DNA of 64,000 nt from Butyricicoccus sp. (GTDB lineage Bacteria > Bacillota > Clostridia > Oscillospirales > Butyricicoccaceae): positions 277 to 64,276 of the forward strand of contig JAHHRO010000003.1 in assembly GCA_020025755.1 (NCBI GenBank), given 5' to 3'. The notes under the pieces were generated by a model that saw only the letters and a list, made by a program, of their open reading frames with translations, searched no databases and had not been told where the DNA came from. Both the position numbers and the translations under genes were made by a program. Shown here piece after piece: positions 1-8,053 of this stretch (the first letter of the stretch is position 1; each line of letters starts with the position of its first letter).

Positions 1-42
1 TGATTTCTCACAGACGGCAGACCCACATTCTTTTCTTTTTAC

Positions 43-1989
43 TTACAGTTCTTTTGCAACCTGATATCCCTGCGTGATCGCATCCTTGATATTGCCGATC
101 TGCTGCGCATCCCCAATGAGGTGATAGGTCACACCACTCTCTTTCAGCATTTCCTCAACTGCCGAATCCGGACGATAGCCCATCGCCAATACCAGAGTAT
201 CTGCGTCGTCGATGCAGTATGTCTCCCCGTTCTGGGTATAATAGATCTTGTCTGCCTCTACGCGCTCCACCTTTGCCTTGCAGTGCATCTCCACGCCTTT
301 TTTCATCATGCGCTGCACCAGCAGACTGCGACCTGGACCAGATTCCTGAAGCATGATGCCCTCTGCCATTTCCAGCAGCACGATCTCACGGTTCTTCGGG
401 AACAGGTCATTGATCAGCGGCGCAAGATAATCCGCCGTCTCACAGCCGACCGAGCCACCGCCGACTACAACTACCTTGCGTCCGGCAAATGCCTTGCCTG
501 CCAGAATATCATCCGCTGTGACACAGTGCTTGAAGCCCGTGAACGCAGGAAGTACGAGCGGCAATGCCCCCGTGCCTGCGATGACCTCATAACCGGCAAA
601 CTCACCTGCCAGCATTTCCTTCGTGACCGCACAGCCCGTGCGCACCTCAACGCCTGCACGCTCCAGCTTGTGCTCCATGTACTGAATCACCTTGATAAGC
701 TCCTGCTTGGCAATCGGTACTGCTGCGATCTTGACCAGACCGCCCAGCGTATCCTGCTTCTCGCACAGCACGACCTCATGTCCGCGCTGCTTGGCAACAA
801 ATGCCGCTTCCATGCCGGCAGCACCGCCGCCAATGACCAGCACCTTCTTTTTCTGTGCCGCAGGCTGAATGGTATCCTCGTTTTCCAGTTCGAGTGACGG
901 ATTGACCGTACATGCGACACGCTTGCCGAACATAATGCCGTTGAGACAGCGCAGGCAGCCGATGCAGGGACGGATCTCGTCCTCTCTGCCTGCCTGTGCC
1001 TTATTCACAAATTCCGGATCACACAGGTTTGCTCGACCGATCATGCAGATATCTGCCTTACCGTTTGCAATCAGTTCATCGGCAAACCACGGTTCGATGA
1101 TTCTGCCCACCGTTGCGACCGGAATGGAGACATGCTTACGGATCTCCTCACCGACATGAGCGTGCGAGCCCATCGGCGTTCCCGGCGCAGGAATGGAGCT
1201 GCCGCGCATGATGGTCGTACCACCCGATACATGGAGAAAATCGACCCCTGCTTTCTCGAGCTGCTTTGCAACATAGATCGCATCATTGAGGTTCTGAGCA
1301 CCGTCGGTGTATTCATCACCCGAAATGCGCACGTCGATAATGAAATCCTCGCCGCACATCCGGCGCACCTCCGCGATCACCTCCAGCGTCAGGCGCAGCC
1401 GTCCGTGAATATCGCCGCCGTATGCATCCGTTCTCTTGTTATAGAGCGGAGACAGGAAACCACCCAAAAGACCATGCGCATGCGCCGCATGGATCTCCAC
1501 GCCGTCGCCGCCTGCCTGCTTGACGCGATACGCCGCCTCACCAAACTGCCGAATGATGACCTTGAGTTCTTCTATGGTCACGGCTCTCGGGGCTTCCTTG
1601 GCATAATAAGGGCCAACCGTGGAAGGCGCAATCAGCTGCGGTGTGCCCGGGATCGGGAACGCCATATACGCCGGATGGAACAGCTGGGGCAGGATCTTCG
1701 TGCCATACTGATGCACGGCATCCGTCAGCTTCTTCCAGCCCTCGATATAGGAATCATCACAGATGGACATATCCCCCGGCAGATAGACATAGGTCGGCTC
1801 GACCGTTGTGACCTCGGTGACGATCAGCCCCACGCCGCCCTTGGCACGCGCCGCATAGTGCGCCACCAACTCGTCGGTGACATAGCCCTTGTTCGCCAGA
1901 TTGGTCGAGATCGGCGGCATAAAGACACGGTTTTTGACCGTTGTTTTACCGATCTGGATGGGTGAAAGCAAATGCTCGTATGAACTCAT
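43..1989 (-). CDS. NADH:flavin oxidoreductase, Old Yellow Enzyme family with Fe-S and FAD/NAD domains (BaiCD/BaiH/FadH-like ene-reductase)
   Basis: N-terminal OYE TIM barrel (KNRVFMPP, ARAKGGVGLI, GVEIHAAHAHGLLGGFLSP, NKRTDAYGG), Cys cluster CIGCLRC-x11-C, two Rossmann motifs (VIGGGAAG, VVGGGSVG). Start set at ATG 1989 after AAGGAG RBS. Confidence 0.88.
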   Translation of the reverse strand: MSSYEHLLSPIQIGKTTVKNRVFMPPISTNLANKGYVTDELVAHYAARAKGGVGLIVTEVTTVEPTYVYLPGDMSICDDSYIEGWKKLTDAVHQYGTKILPQLFHPAYMAFPIPGTPQLIAPSTVGPYYAKEAPRAVTIEELKVIIRQFGEAAYRVKQAGGDGVEIHAAHAHGLLGGFLSPLYNKRTDAYGGDIHGRLRLTLEVIAEVRRMCGEDFIIDVRISGDEYTDGAQNLNDAIYVAKQLEKAGVDFLHVSGGTTIMRGSSIPAPGTPMGSHAHVGEEIRKHVSIPVATVGRIIEPWFADELIANGKADICMIGRANLCDPEFVNKAQAGREDEIRPCIGCLRCLNGIMFGKRVACTVNPSLELENEDTIQPAAQKKKVLVIGGGAAGMEAAFVAKQRGHEVVLCEKQDTLGGLVKIAAVPIAKQELIKVIQYMEHKLERAGVEVRTGCAVTKEMLAGEFAGYEVIAGTGALPLVLPAFTGFKHCVTADDILAGKAFAGRKVVVVGGGSVGCETADYLAPLINDLFPKNREIVLLEMAEGIMLQESGPGRSLLVQRMMKKGVEMHCKAKVERVEADKIYYTQNGETYCIDDADTLVLAMGYRPDSAVEEMLKESGVTYHLIGDAQQIGNIKDAITQGYQVAKEL

Positions 1990-2151
1990 GTTTCTCTCTC
2001 CTTTACGCATTCCTGCGTTTTCTCTATCTCTATTGTAGCATACCCTGCATCGTTTCACCTGTTTTCTGCTGGATAACAGCTGGCATTTTTTGTCCTATTT
2101 CATCTTTCTGTATGGTATTTCGGCAAAATACAGGACTGTTTTTAACCGCTA

Positions 2152-3216
2152 TCAGAAAGACTGCTCAGGCGGCAGGTGGAAAAGGCATGTGCCATCCGGT
2201 TTGACCTCCACGCCCTGCCACGCCTCCTTTGCCTGACAGCATACCGTGTCTCCCTCTTTCCAGAGGAGCAGCCGTTCGTCCTCATAAATGACCTGCTTTT
2301 CCTCCTCCAGCAAATGCCAAAACAGCCGCTTTTGTGCTTCGTCCAACTCCATTTTTTGATACCCCTGCCGACTGTAGCGCAGATTGTTCTGAAACTGCTT
2401 GCGGTAAGCACTCGGCAGCACGCCATATAGTTCCTTAAAGGTGGTCGTGTACGCCTTGGCGTTTGCCATGCCGCAGTCAAGTGCGATCTGCTCGATCTGA
2501 TCCTTTCCCTCGAGCAGTGCTTCCAGCGAACCGCGTACACGCACATAGGACAGATACTTGATGAATGGCAGACCAGTATATTTTTTGAGCAGCTTCGAGG
2601 TGTAGGACAGGCTGAAGGAAAGCTGCTGCGCCACATCGCCCAGTGACAGCGGCTCCCGAAAATGGGTATCAATATACCGAATGGCTTTCATATAGTTTTC
2701 CTGATGCGCAGACTGCAAGGGCAGCTGTGCCATGCCCAGCGGATCGGACGAAGCCGCCACAAGCGCAAGCTCTGCCATCAGGACATTGAGCCGCAGCAGA
2801 TTGCTCTTATCCTCAATGAGCATCTGAACCAGTGCCCCGATCTTGCGCTTGAGCGCGAAATATCCTGCCCTGTTCTGCCGCTCGCTGAAAACGCCTGACC
2901 GAAAGCTCTCCTTGGGATCACCCACCATAGAATCTGCCATGCGGCTGAAATCAATATGAATGGTCAGCACCATGCTGTCCTCCTGCCGCTTGGCAAGCAT
3001 GTGGATCTCATCGGGCGCAATGACGATTAGTTCTCGCGCGTGAATGGTCTCTGCAAAATGCTCGGTCACCGCCTCATAGCTGCCTTGCAGCACATAGGAG
3101 ATTTCCAAGCTGCTTTGTCGGGCAAAGACATCCTGCGTAAATCCATTGATGCTGAGACTGAGCGGATAGCCGAATTTTTGTCCCGAAAAATCGTAATACC
3201 CTTCCATATTCTTCAT
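2152..3216 (-). CDS. AraC family transcriptional regulator
   Basis: Cupin-like N-terminus and AraC double HTH (LSLGDVAQQLSFSLSYTSKLLKKYTG...IEQIALDCGMANAKAYTTTFKELYGVLPSAYRK). ATG 3216 after GGAGGAG. Confidence 0.88.
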   Translation of the reverse strand: MKNMEGYYDFSGQKFGYPLSLSINGFTQDVFARQSSLEISYVLQGSYEAVTEHFAETIHARELIVIAPDEIHMLAKRQEDSMVLTIHIDFSRMADSMVGDPKESFRSGVFSERQNRAGYFALKRKIGALVQMLIEDKSNLLRLNVLMAELALVAASSDPLGMAQLPLQSAHQENYMKAIRYIDTHFREPLSLGDVAQQLSFSLSYTSKLLKKYTGLPFIKYLSYVRVRGSLEALLEGKDQIEQIALDCGMANAKAYTTTFKELYGVLPSAYRKQFQNNLRYSRQGYQKMELDEAQKRLFWHLLEEEKQVIYEDERLLLWKEGDTVCCQAKEAWQGVEVKPDGTCLFHLPPEQSF

Positions 3217-3240
3217 TGCTTCTCCTCCTCTGGGGCAAGG

Positions 3241-3275
3241 AAAGGGGGATACTGCATGGGCAGTATCCCCCTTTT
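3241..3275 (-). terminator. Rho-independent terminator-like hairpin after the adh gene
   Basis: Inverted repeat aaagggggatactgc / gcagtatcccccttt just past the stop at 3293. Confidence 0.7.
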
Positions 3276-3292
3276 CGGTATGTATCAGGAAA

Positions 3293-4510
3293 TCAGAAAT
3301 CAACTTCGGTATCGTAGTAGCAGCACTTGAGCAGCTTTTCCATTTCTTCCTGTGTTGGCTGACGCGGATTGGAGCCGGTGCATGCGTCCGCGATCGCATT
3401 CTTTGCGATCTCCGGCAGACGCTCAAGGAAGATCTCCTCAGAAACAAAGCCCTGCTCGGTCGGATAGCTGTCCGCGCCATAGTGCTGGATGCACTGCGGA
3501 ATGTTCAGTGCGTCGTTCATCTTGCGCAGATGTGCAATGAGCAGCTCGACCTTCTCTGCATTGGTGCTGCCGCCCAGACCCATGTGGTCTGCAATATCGC
3601 CGTAACGTGCAGCCGCTTCTTCATTCTTTGCATTGTATGCAATGACCTTGGGCAGATACATTGCGTTTGCCGCACCATGAATGATATGTGCGCCCTGATC
3701 CTCGAAAACTGCACCGGTCTTATGCGCCATAGAGTGTACGATGCCCAAAAGCGCGTTGGAGAATGCCATACCTGCAAGGCACTGCGCGTTGTGCATGCTT
3801 GCACGCTTGTCCATATCGCCTGCATAGGAATCGGTCAGATCCTTCTGGATCATCTTGATCGCAAAGATCGCAAGCGGATCGGTGTAGTCGCAGTGTGCCG
3901 TGGAGACATACGCCTCGATTGCATGGGTCATTGCGTCCATACCAGTATGGGCAACCAGCTTCTGGGGCATGGTCTCTGCCAGATCGGGATCTACGATCGC
4001 AACATCGGGCGTGATCTCAAAGTCAGCGAGCGGATACTTGATGCCCTTCTTGTAGTCTGTGATGACCGAGAACGCGGTTACCTCGGTTGCAGTACCAGAG
4101 GTGGACGGGATCGCACAGAAATGCGCCTTCTTGCGCAGCTTGGGCAGACCGAATACCTTGATCATATCCTCGAACTCGATGTCCGGATACTCGTACTTGA
4201 TCCACATTGCCTTTGCCGCATCAATCGGAGAACCGCCGCCCATTGCAACGATCCAGTCAGGCTCGAACTTCAGCATTGCCTCGGCACCGCGCATGACGGT
4301 ATCAACAGACGGATCGGGCTCGATGCCGTCGAATACTTCTACTTCCATGCCAGCTTCCTTGAGGTAGGAAACCGCTCTGTCCAGAAATCCGAACTTTCTC
4401 ATGGAACTGCCGCCCACGCAAACCATTGCGCGCTTGCCCTCAAATGTTTTCAGGGTTTCCAGCGTACCCTTTCCATGATAGACGTCTCTGGGTAAAGTGA
4501 ATCTTGCCAT
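3293..4510 (-). CDS. Iron-containing alcohol dehydrogenase (clostridial NADPH-dependent butanol dehydrogenase type)
   Basis: MARFTLPRD start, GGGSPIDAAK, PSTSGTATEVT, GMDAMTHAIEAY, HSMAHK and HGAANA iron-ligand motifs. RBS GGAGG. Confidence 0.92.
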   Translation of the reverse strand: MARFTLPRDVYHGKGTLETLKTFEGKRAMVCVGGSSMRKFGFLDRAVSYLKEAGMEVEVFDGIEPDPSVDTVMRGAEAMLKFEPDWIVAMGGGSPIDAAKAMWIKYEYPDIEFEDMIKVFGLPKLRKKAHFCAIPSTSGTATEVTAFSVITDYKKGIKYPLADFEITPDVAIVDPDLAETMPQKLVAHTGMDAMTHAIEAYVSTAHCDYTDPLAIFAIKMIQKDLTDSYAGDMDKRASMHNAQCLAGMAFSNALLGIVHSMAHKTGAVFEDQGAHIIHGAANAMYLPKVIAYNAKNEEAAARYGDIADHMGLGGSTNAEKVELLIAHLRKMNDALNIPQCIQHYGADSYPTEQGFVSEEIFLERLPEIAKNAIADACTGSNPRQPTQEEMEKLLKCCYYDTEVDF

Positions 4511-4585
4511 AATTACGTTCCTCCATCGCTTTCGCGCTATAAAATCAATCATTGATCGCACAAGGCTCGCTGCACGGCCGCGAAC

Positions 4586-4632
4586 ATTGTCACATTTATA
4601 TCAATTATAAAATCTATTTTGTGAAAAGTCAA
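4586..4632 (-). promoter_or_regulatory. Sigma-A promoter of adh with overlapping putative Rex operator
   Basis: TTGACT(4632-4627)-N17-TATAAT(4609-4604). Imperfect palindrome ATTGATATAAATGTGACAAT (4605-4586) resembles the Firmicutes Rex box TTGTTA-N6-TAACAA. Confidence 0.6.
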
Positions 4633-4772
4633 TTCTTTTTATATAAATTTCCCTTCTATTTTTGTGGATTGTTGCTTTTCCCCTTTTCTTTTACCCTTTA
4701 TATTGACAGAGATATCACAATTCCTGCGCCCCTGCACACAAAAATGCCCTGAGAAAAATTTTCTCAGGGCAT

Positions 4773-4834
4773 CAGCCTGCCTAAAAGTCTTTTCATAATT
4801 TTATTTTGGGGCGAATCTAACCCAGATTTTCAAA
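4773..4834 (-). repeat. Degenerate copy of a short dispersed element (copy C)
   Basis: Reverse complement tttgaaaatctgggttagattcgcccca-N17-gacttttaggcaggctg aligns with the same spacing to 45696-45758. It abuts hairpin 4744-4772. Confidence 0.5.
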
Positions 4835-4882
4835 CGCCACAGACTGTCAAAGTATTCCGACGGTCTTATGCCGTACCGCATT

Positions 4883-5158
4883 TTACGAGTAAGATTGTCC
4901 TTTCAGTTCCTTTAGCTGGGCAGGCGACAGACCAGTAACTTTTTGGATCTGCTCATCTGACAATGCACCCAGACCCAAAAGCTTTCTCGCTGTCTCTCTC
5001 GCATTTTCTTCATTTACCTTTTTGGTCACTTCTTCCGTAACTCGCTCTGTGACTTCTCTGGTGACTTGCTTTGTGACTTGCTTTGTGACTTGCTTTGTCA
5101 CCTGTTCTGCAACTTCTCTGGCGTTCTCCTCCAGCATTTCTTCCATGATCCTGCACAT
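4883..5158 (-). CDS. Putative intragenic in-frame small protein (RpnS-like antitoxin, 91 aa)
   Basis: Internal Shine-Dalgarno AGGAAGGAG 8 nt before in-frame ATG 5158 (MCRIMEEMLEE...), at the boundary between the nuclease domain and the C-terminal region. Confidence 0.6.
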   Translation of the reverse strand: MCRIMEEMLEENAREVAEQVTKQVTKQVTKQVTREVTERVTEEVTKKVNEENARETARKLLGLGALSDEQIQKVTGLSPAQLKELKGQSYS

Positions 5159-5773
5159 TGTCCGCACTCCTTCCTGATTTTCCTTAAAATATCGTGTCCG
5201 CTCTGCAAGCTGTGCATAGTGCATCCGGTTCGGGTCACTGCAAAAGAAATCCTCCATCAGTGCCCCAAGCGGTGTCTGATCCTTGTTTGCTCCGTTTACA
5301 TAAATAATATGCGCATCGTCTCCAAAGCATTTTCCCGTTTCCTGTATCACGCGCTCGATATGGTAGAGCGGCAAGCCGCCGCCCAGCACATCGTTTTCGG
5401 TGAGGAAGATCACATACGTTTCGGGCAAGACCCCATAATCCCCGTGTTCGATATTGATGTTCACATCCATCATACTGCTATGATATCGTGCACGCCGAGG
5501 GATCGCCCCTGAATCGGCACGCTGGATCTCGATATCGTAACGCCTGCCTTGTGTATCCACCGCGTAGATGTCCAAAATCACGCTATGTCCCTGTAGGTTC
5601 TTGATGCCATGCTGGGTATGTACCTGCTGAACGACCAGATCGTCCCGATCCAAAATAATACGGATCACGAGCTGGGTACATTCAATATTTTCTTCAAACA
5701 CCTTAGCCATGAACGTATCATCAATCAGACGGAATCGTTTGAGACGTTCGAGCTTTCTGTCCATCGCCTGCAT
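4883..5773 (-). CDS. Rpn family / PD-(D/E)XK nuclease-like protein (often annotated putative transposase)
   Basis: DDTFMAKVF, ILDIYAVD, YDIEIQR, RRARYHSSMMD and YVIFLTEND motifs, then a repetitive coiled-coil linker and a small helical C-terminal domain. Own promoter TTGCAA(5835-5830)-N17-TATACT(5812-5807). Confidence 0.85.
   Translation of the reverse strand: MQAMDRKLERLKRFRLIDDTFMAKVFEENIECTQLVIRIILDRDDLVVQQVHTQHGIKNLQGHSVILDIYAVDTQGRRYDIEIQRADSGAIPRRARYHSSMMDVNINIEHGDYGVLPETYVIFLTENDVLGGGLPLYHIERVIQETGKCFGDDAHIIYVNGANKDQTPLGALMEDFFCSDPNRMHYAQLAERTRYFKENQEGVRTMCRIMEEMLEENAREVAEQVTKQVTKQVTKQVTREVTERVTEEVTKKVNEENARETARKLLGLGALSDEQIQKVTGLSPAQLKELKGQSYS
5025..5120. repeat. 12-bp coding tandem repeat (three perfect gtgacttgcttt units at 5061-5096 plus degenerate units)
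   Basis: Directly visible. Encodes EQVT-KQVT-KQVT-KQVT-REVT-ERVT-EEVT. Confidence 0.9.
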
Positions 5774-5870
5774 CGTGCTTCCCCTTTTCTCTTTCTCTTT
5801 ACCCTTAGTATAGCAACTCTGTCTGCTTTTTGCAACCTCTGTAGTTCCATCCGTTTTGAGTGTGGCTTTT

Positions 5871-5910
5871 GAAAAAGAAAAAGAGAGGAAACGCAATCGT
5901 TCCTCTCTTT
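5871..5910 (-). terminator. Rho-independent terminator of rplS
   Basis: Stem aaagagaggaa / ttcctctcttt followed by a T-rich run on the minus strand. Confidence 0.75.
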
Positions 5911-5922
5911 GTGGGTTTGCTC

Positions 5923-6264
5923 TTAAACCTTTTCTGCAACCTTTGCAGCCTTACCAACGCGGCCACGCAGGTAGTACAGCTTTGCACGGCGTACCTTACC
6001 ATTGCGTACAACCTCGAACTTTGCAATGTTCGGGGAGTGTACCGGGAAGGTCTTCTCAACGCCAACGCCATAAGAGATACGGCGAACGGTCACGGTCTTG
6101 TTGATTCCAGCGTGCTTCATAGCAATGATGATGCCCTCGAAGATCTGGATACGCTCGCGGTTGCCCTCCTTGATCTTGGCATGTACCTTTACGGTGTCAC
6201 CGATCTTGAGAGTCGGCAGATCGCTCTTGAGCTGCTGCTCAGACAGAACTTTTACTAAATCCAT
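5923..6264 (-). CDS. rplS: 50S ribosomal protein L19
   Basis: [49 protein letters not shown]. Confidence 0.98.
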   Translation of the reverse strand: MDLVKVLSEQQLKSDLPTLKIGDTVKVHAKIKEGNRERIQIFEGIIIAMKHAGINKTVTVRRISYGVGVEKTFPVHSPNIAKFEVVRNGKVRRAKLYYLRGRVGKAAKVAEKV

Positions 6265-6284
6265 CTTTCAGTCTTCCTTTCATA

Positions 6285-6352
6285 CTGGATATTCATAACC
6301 TATCTTTGCATTAAGGCGAACGGTTCGCCGGTAGGCAGCGGAATGTCCGTTG
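6285..6352 (-). ncRNA. Ribosomal protein L19 leader (putative autoregulatory RNA)
   Basis: Leader reads ACGGACAUUCCGCUG...AUGAAUAUCCAG, with a GGACAUUC/GAAUAUCC stem and a CCGCU segment that resembles the Firmicutes L19 leader. Lies downstream of promoter TTGCGT-N18-TAGAAT (6391-6362). Confidence 0.65.
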
Positions 6353-6645
6353 TTCTGCATTATTCTATCACAAGTCCTGCACCCAACGCAAGTCCTTTTT
6401 TTATTTTCAACGTAAATTTTCTGTGCAAATTTTCCTTTTTTTACAGCACACTGTACAAAAGCCTAAAAATCGGATATACTGGTACGGGGCAAAATCCCAT
6501 ATCTTAGAAAACAGCCGTCTCCGAAACGATGGGCACGCAGTACATGAGATACCGCTCAGAGTGCAGCAAAAGCCCCTGCGCCCCATCTTTTGTACCGCAG
6601 ACGCTGTTTTCCGGTATTTTATAACAGTAAAGGAGAACTGATCGC

Positions 6646-7956
6646 ATGTGGGCATATGAAAGTGTTTTTTATCAGATCTATCCGCTCGGACTCTGCGGCG
6701 CACCGCGCGTCAATGACGGTGTGCTGGCAGGCCGCATCAGCAAAATAGACGGCTGGATTCCGCATATCAAAAAGCTGGGCGCAAACGCCGTCTACTTTTC
6801 CCCTGTCTTTGAGTCGGACAGCCACGGCTACGACACGCGCGACTACCGCCTGATCGACCGCCGCCTTGGCTCCAACGACGAGTTCGCCGCGGTCTGTACG
6901 CATCTACACAAGAATGGCATCCGCGTGGTGCTGGACGGTGTGTTTCACCATGTCGGACGCGGCTTCTGGGCATTCGAGGACGTGCGCCGGAACAAATGGG
7001 ACTCTCCCTACAAGGACTGGTTTCACATCAACTTTGACGGCAATTCCAACTACAATGACGGCTTCTGGTACGAGGGCTGGGAGGGGCACTTTGAACTTGT
7101 GAAGCTCAATTTGCAAAATCCGGTCGTCGTACACCATCTGTTCGACTGCATCCGCAGCTGGGTGGACACCTTCGATATCGACGGTCTGCGCCTCGATGTG
7201 GCGTACTGTCTGCCGCCCGACTTCCTGCACCAGCTGCGCACCTTCTGCGATTCTCTCAAGCCGGATTTCCTGCTAATCGGGGAAATGCTCCACGGCGACT
7301 ATAATCAACGCGTCAACGGGGAAATGCTCCATTCCTGCACCAACTATGAGTGCTATAAAGGGCTGTATTCCTCCCTCAACTCCATGAACCTCTTTGAGAT
7401 CACCCACTCCCTGCTCCGTCAGTTCGGGCCGGAAAACTGGACACTCTACAAGGGCAAGCACCTGCTCAGCTTCGTGGACAACCATGATGTGACCCGTGCC
7501 GCCTCTATCCTTACAAACCCCCGTCATCTCCCCATTCTCTATGGCATGCTATTTGGTATGCCGGGCATTCCCTGCGTATATTACGGCAGTGAATGGGGCG
7601 TAACCGGCAAAAAGGAGGACGGCGACGACGCTTTGCGCCCTGCTATCAATACCCCGATCGAAAATGAACTGACCCAATGGATTACCCGCCTTGCCCATGC
7701 CCATAAAAATTCCAAGGCACTGTGCTATGGCGACTTCAAGCAGCTTGTGCTGACCAACCGCCAGTGTATCTGGGAGCGCACCACGGACGGCGAACGCGTC
7801 CTCGTTGCCATCAACGCCGATGACCAGCCCTATACCGCGCATTTTGACGCACGCGCCGGACGCGCCGTCGATCTCATCACCGGACAGATGCACGACTTCG
7901 GCGGCGGCTCTGAGCTGCCCCCTTATTCCGTTTTCTTCTGGAAGACCGAGTGCTGA
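6646..7956 (+). CDS. GH13 alpha-amylase family glycoside hydrolase (cyclomaltodextrinase/neopullulanase-like)
   Basis: HGYDTRDY, VLDGVFHH, DGLRLDVA (nucleophile), IGEMLH and FVDNHD motifs. RBS AAGGAG. Confidence 0.9.
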   Translation: MWAYESVFYQIYPLGLCGAPRVNDGVLAGRISKIDGWIPHIKKLGANAVYFSPVFESDSHGYDTRDYRLIDRRLGSNDEFAAVCTHLHKNGIRVVLDGVFHHVGRGFWAFEDVRRNKWDSPYKDWFHINFDGNSNYNDGFWYEGWEGHFELVKLNLQNPVVVHHLFDCIRSWVDTFDIDGLRLDVAYCLPPDFLHQLRTFCDSLKPDFLLIGEMLHGDYNQRVNGEMLHSCTNYECYKGLYSSLNSMNLFEITHSLLRQFGPENWTLYKGKHLLSFVDNHDVTRAASILTNPRHLPILYGMLFGMPGIPCVYYGSEWGVTGKKEDGDDALRPAINTPIENELTQWITRLAHAHKNSKALCYGDFKQLVLTNRQCIWERTTDGERVLVAINADDQPYTAHFDARAGRAVDLITGQMHDFGGGSELPPYSVFFWKTEC

Positions 7957-7997
7957 CGGCGGCATCAAATCCAATCAAATACAAAGAGAAGCGGAAC

Positions 7998-8039
7998 AGC
8001 CCCGACCTGTGTCAAACACAGGTCAGGGCTATTTATTTT
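7998..8039. terminator. Terminator hairpin between the convergent GH13 and GH1 genes
   Basis: agccccgacctgtgt / acacaggtcagggct followed by atttatttt. Confidence 0.7.
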
Positions 8040-8053
8040 GCGATCAGCACAGA

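Noticed and set aside
43..1989. Bilirubin reductase BilR or BaiCD/BaiH assignment
   Set aside because: HGDR motif absent and no bai operon context in the window; only a family-level call is supportable.
5025..5120. CRISPR-like array
   Set aside because: Contiguous 12-bp coding repeats with no spacers; no cas genes.
4883..5773. Active transposon around the PD-(D/E)XK gene
   Set aside because: No terminal inverted repeats or target duplication found, and no DDE or HUH motif.
6485..6545. c-di-GMP-I riboswitch (GGCAAA...GAAA...ACGCA fragments)
   Set aside because: The fragments are not spaced or paired as the P2 stem requires, and the GACGCAAA / second-hairpin signature is missing.
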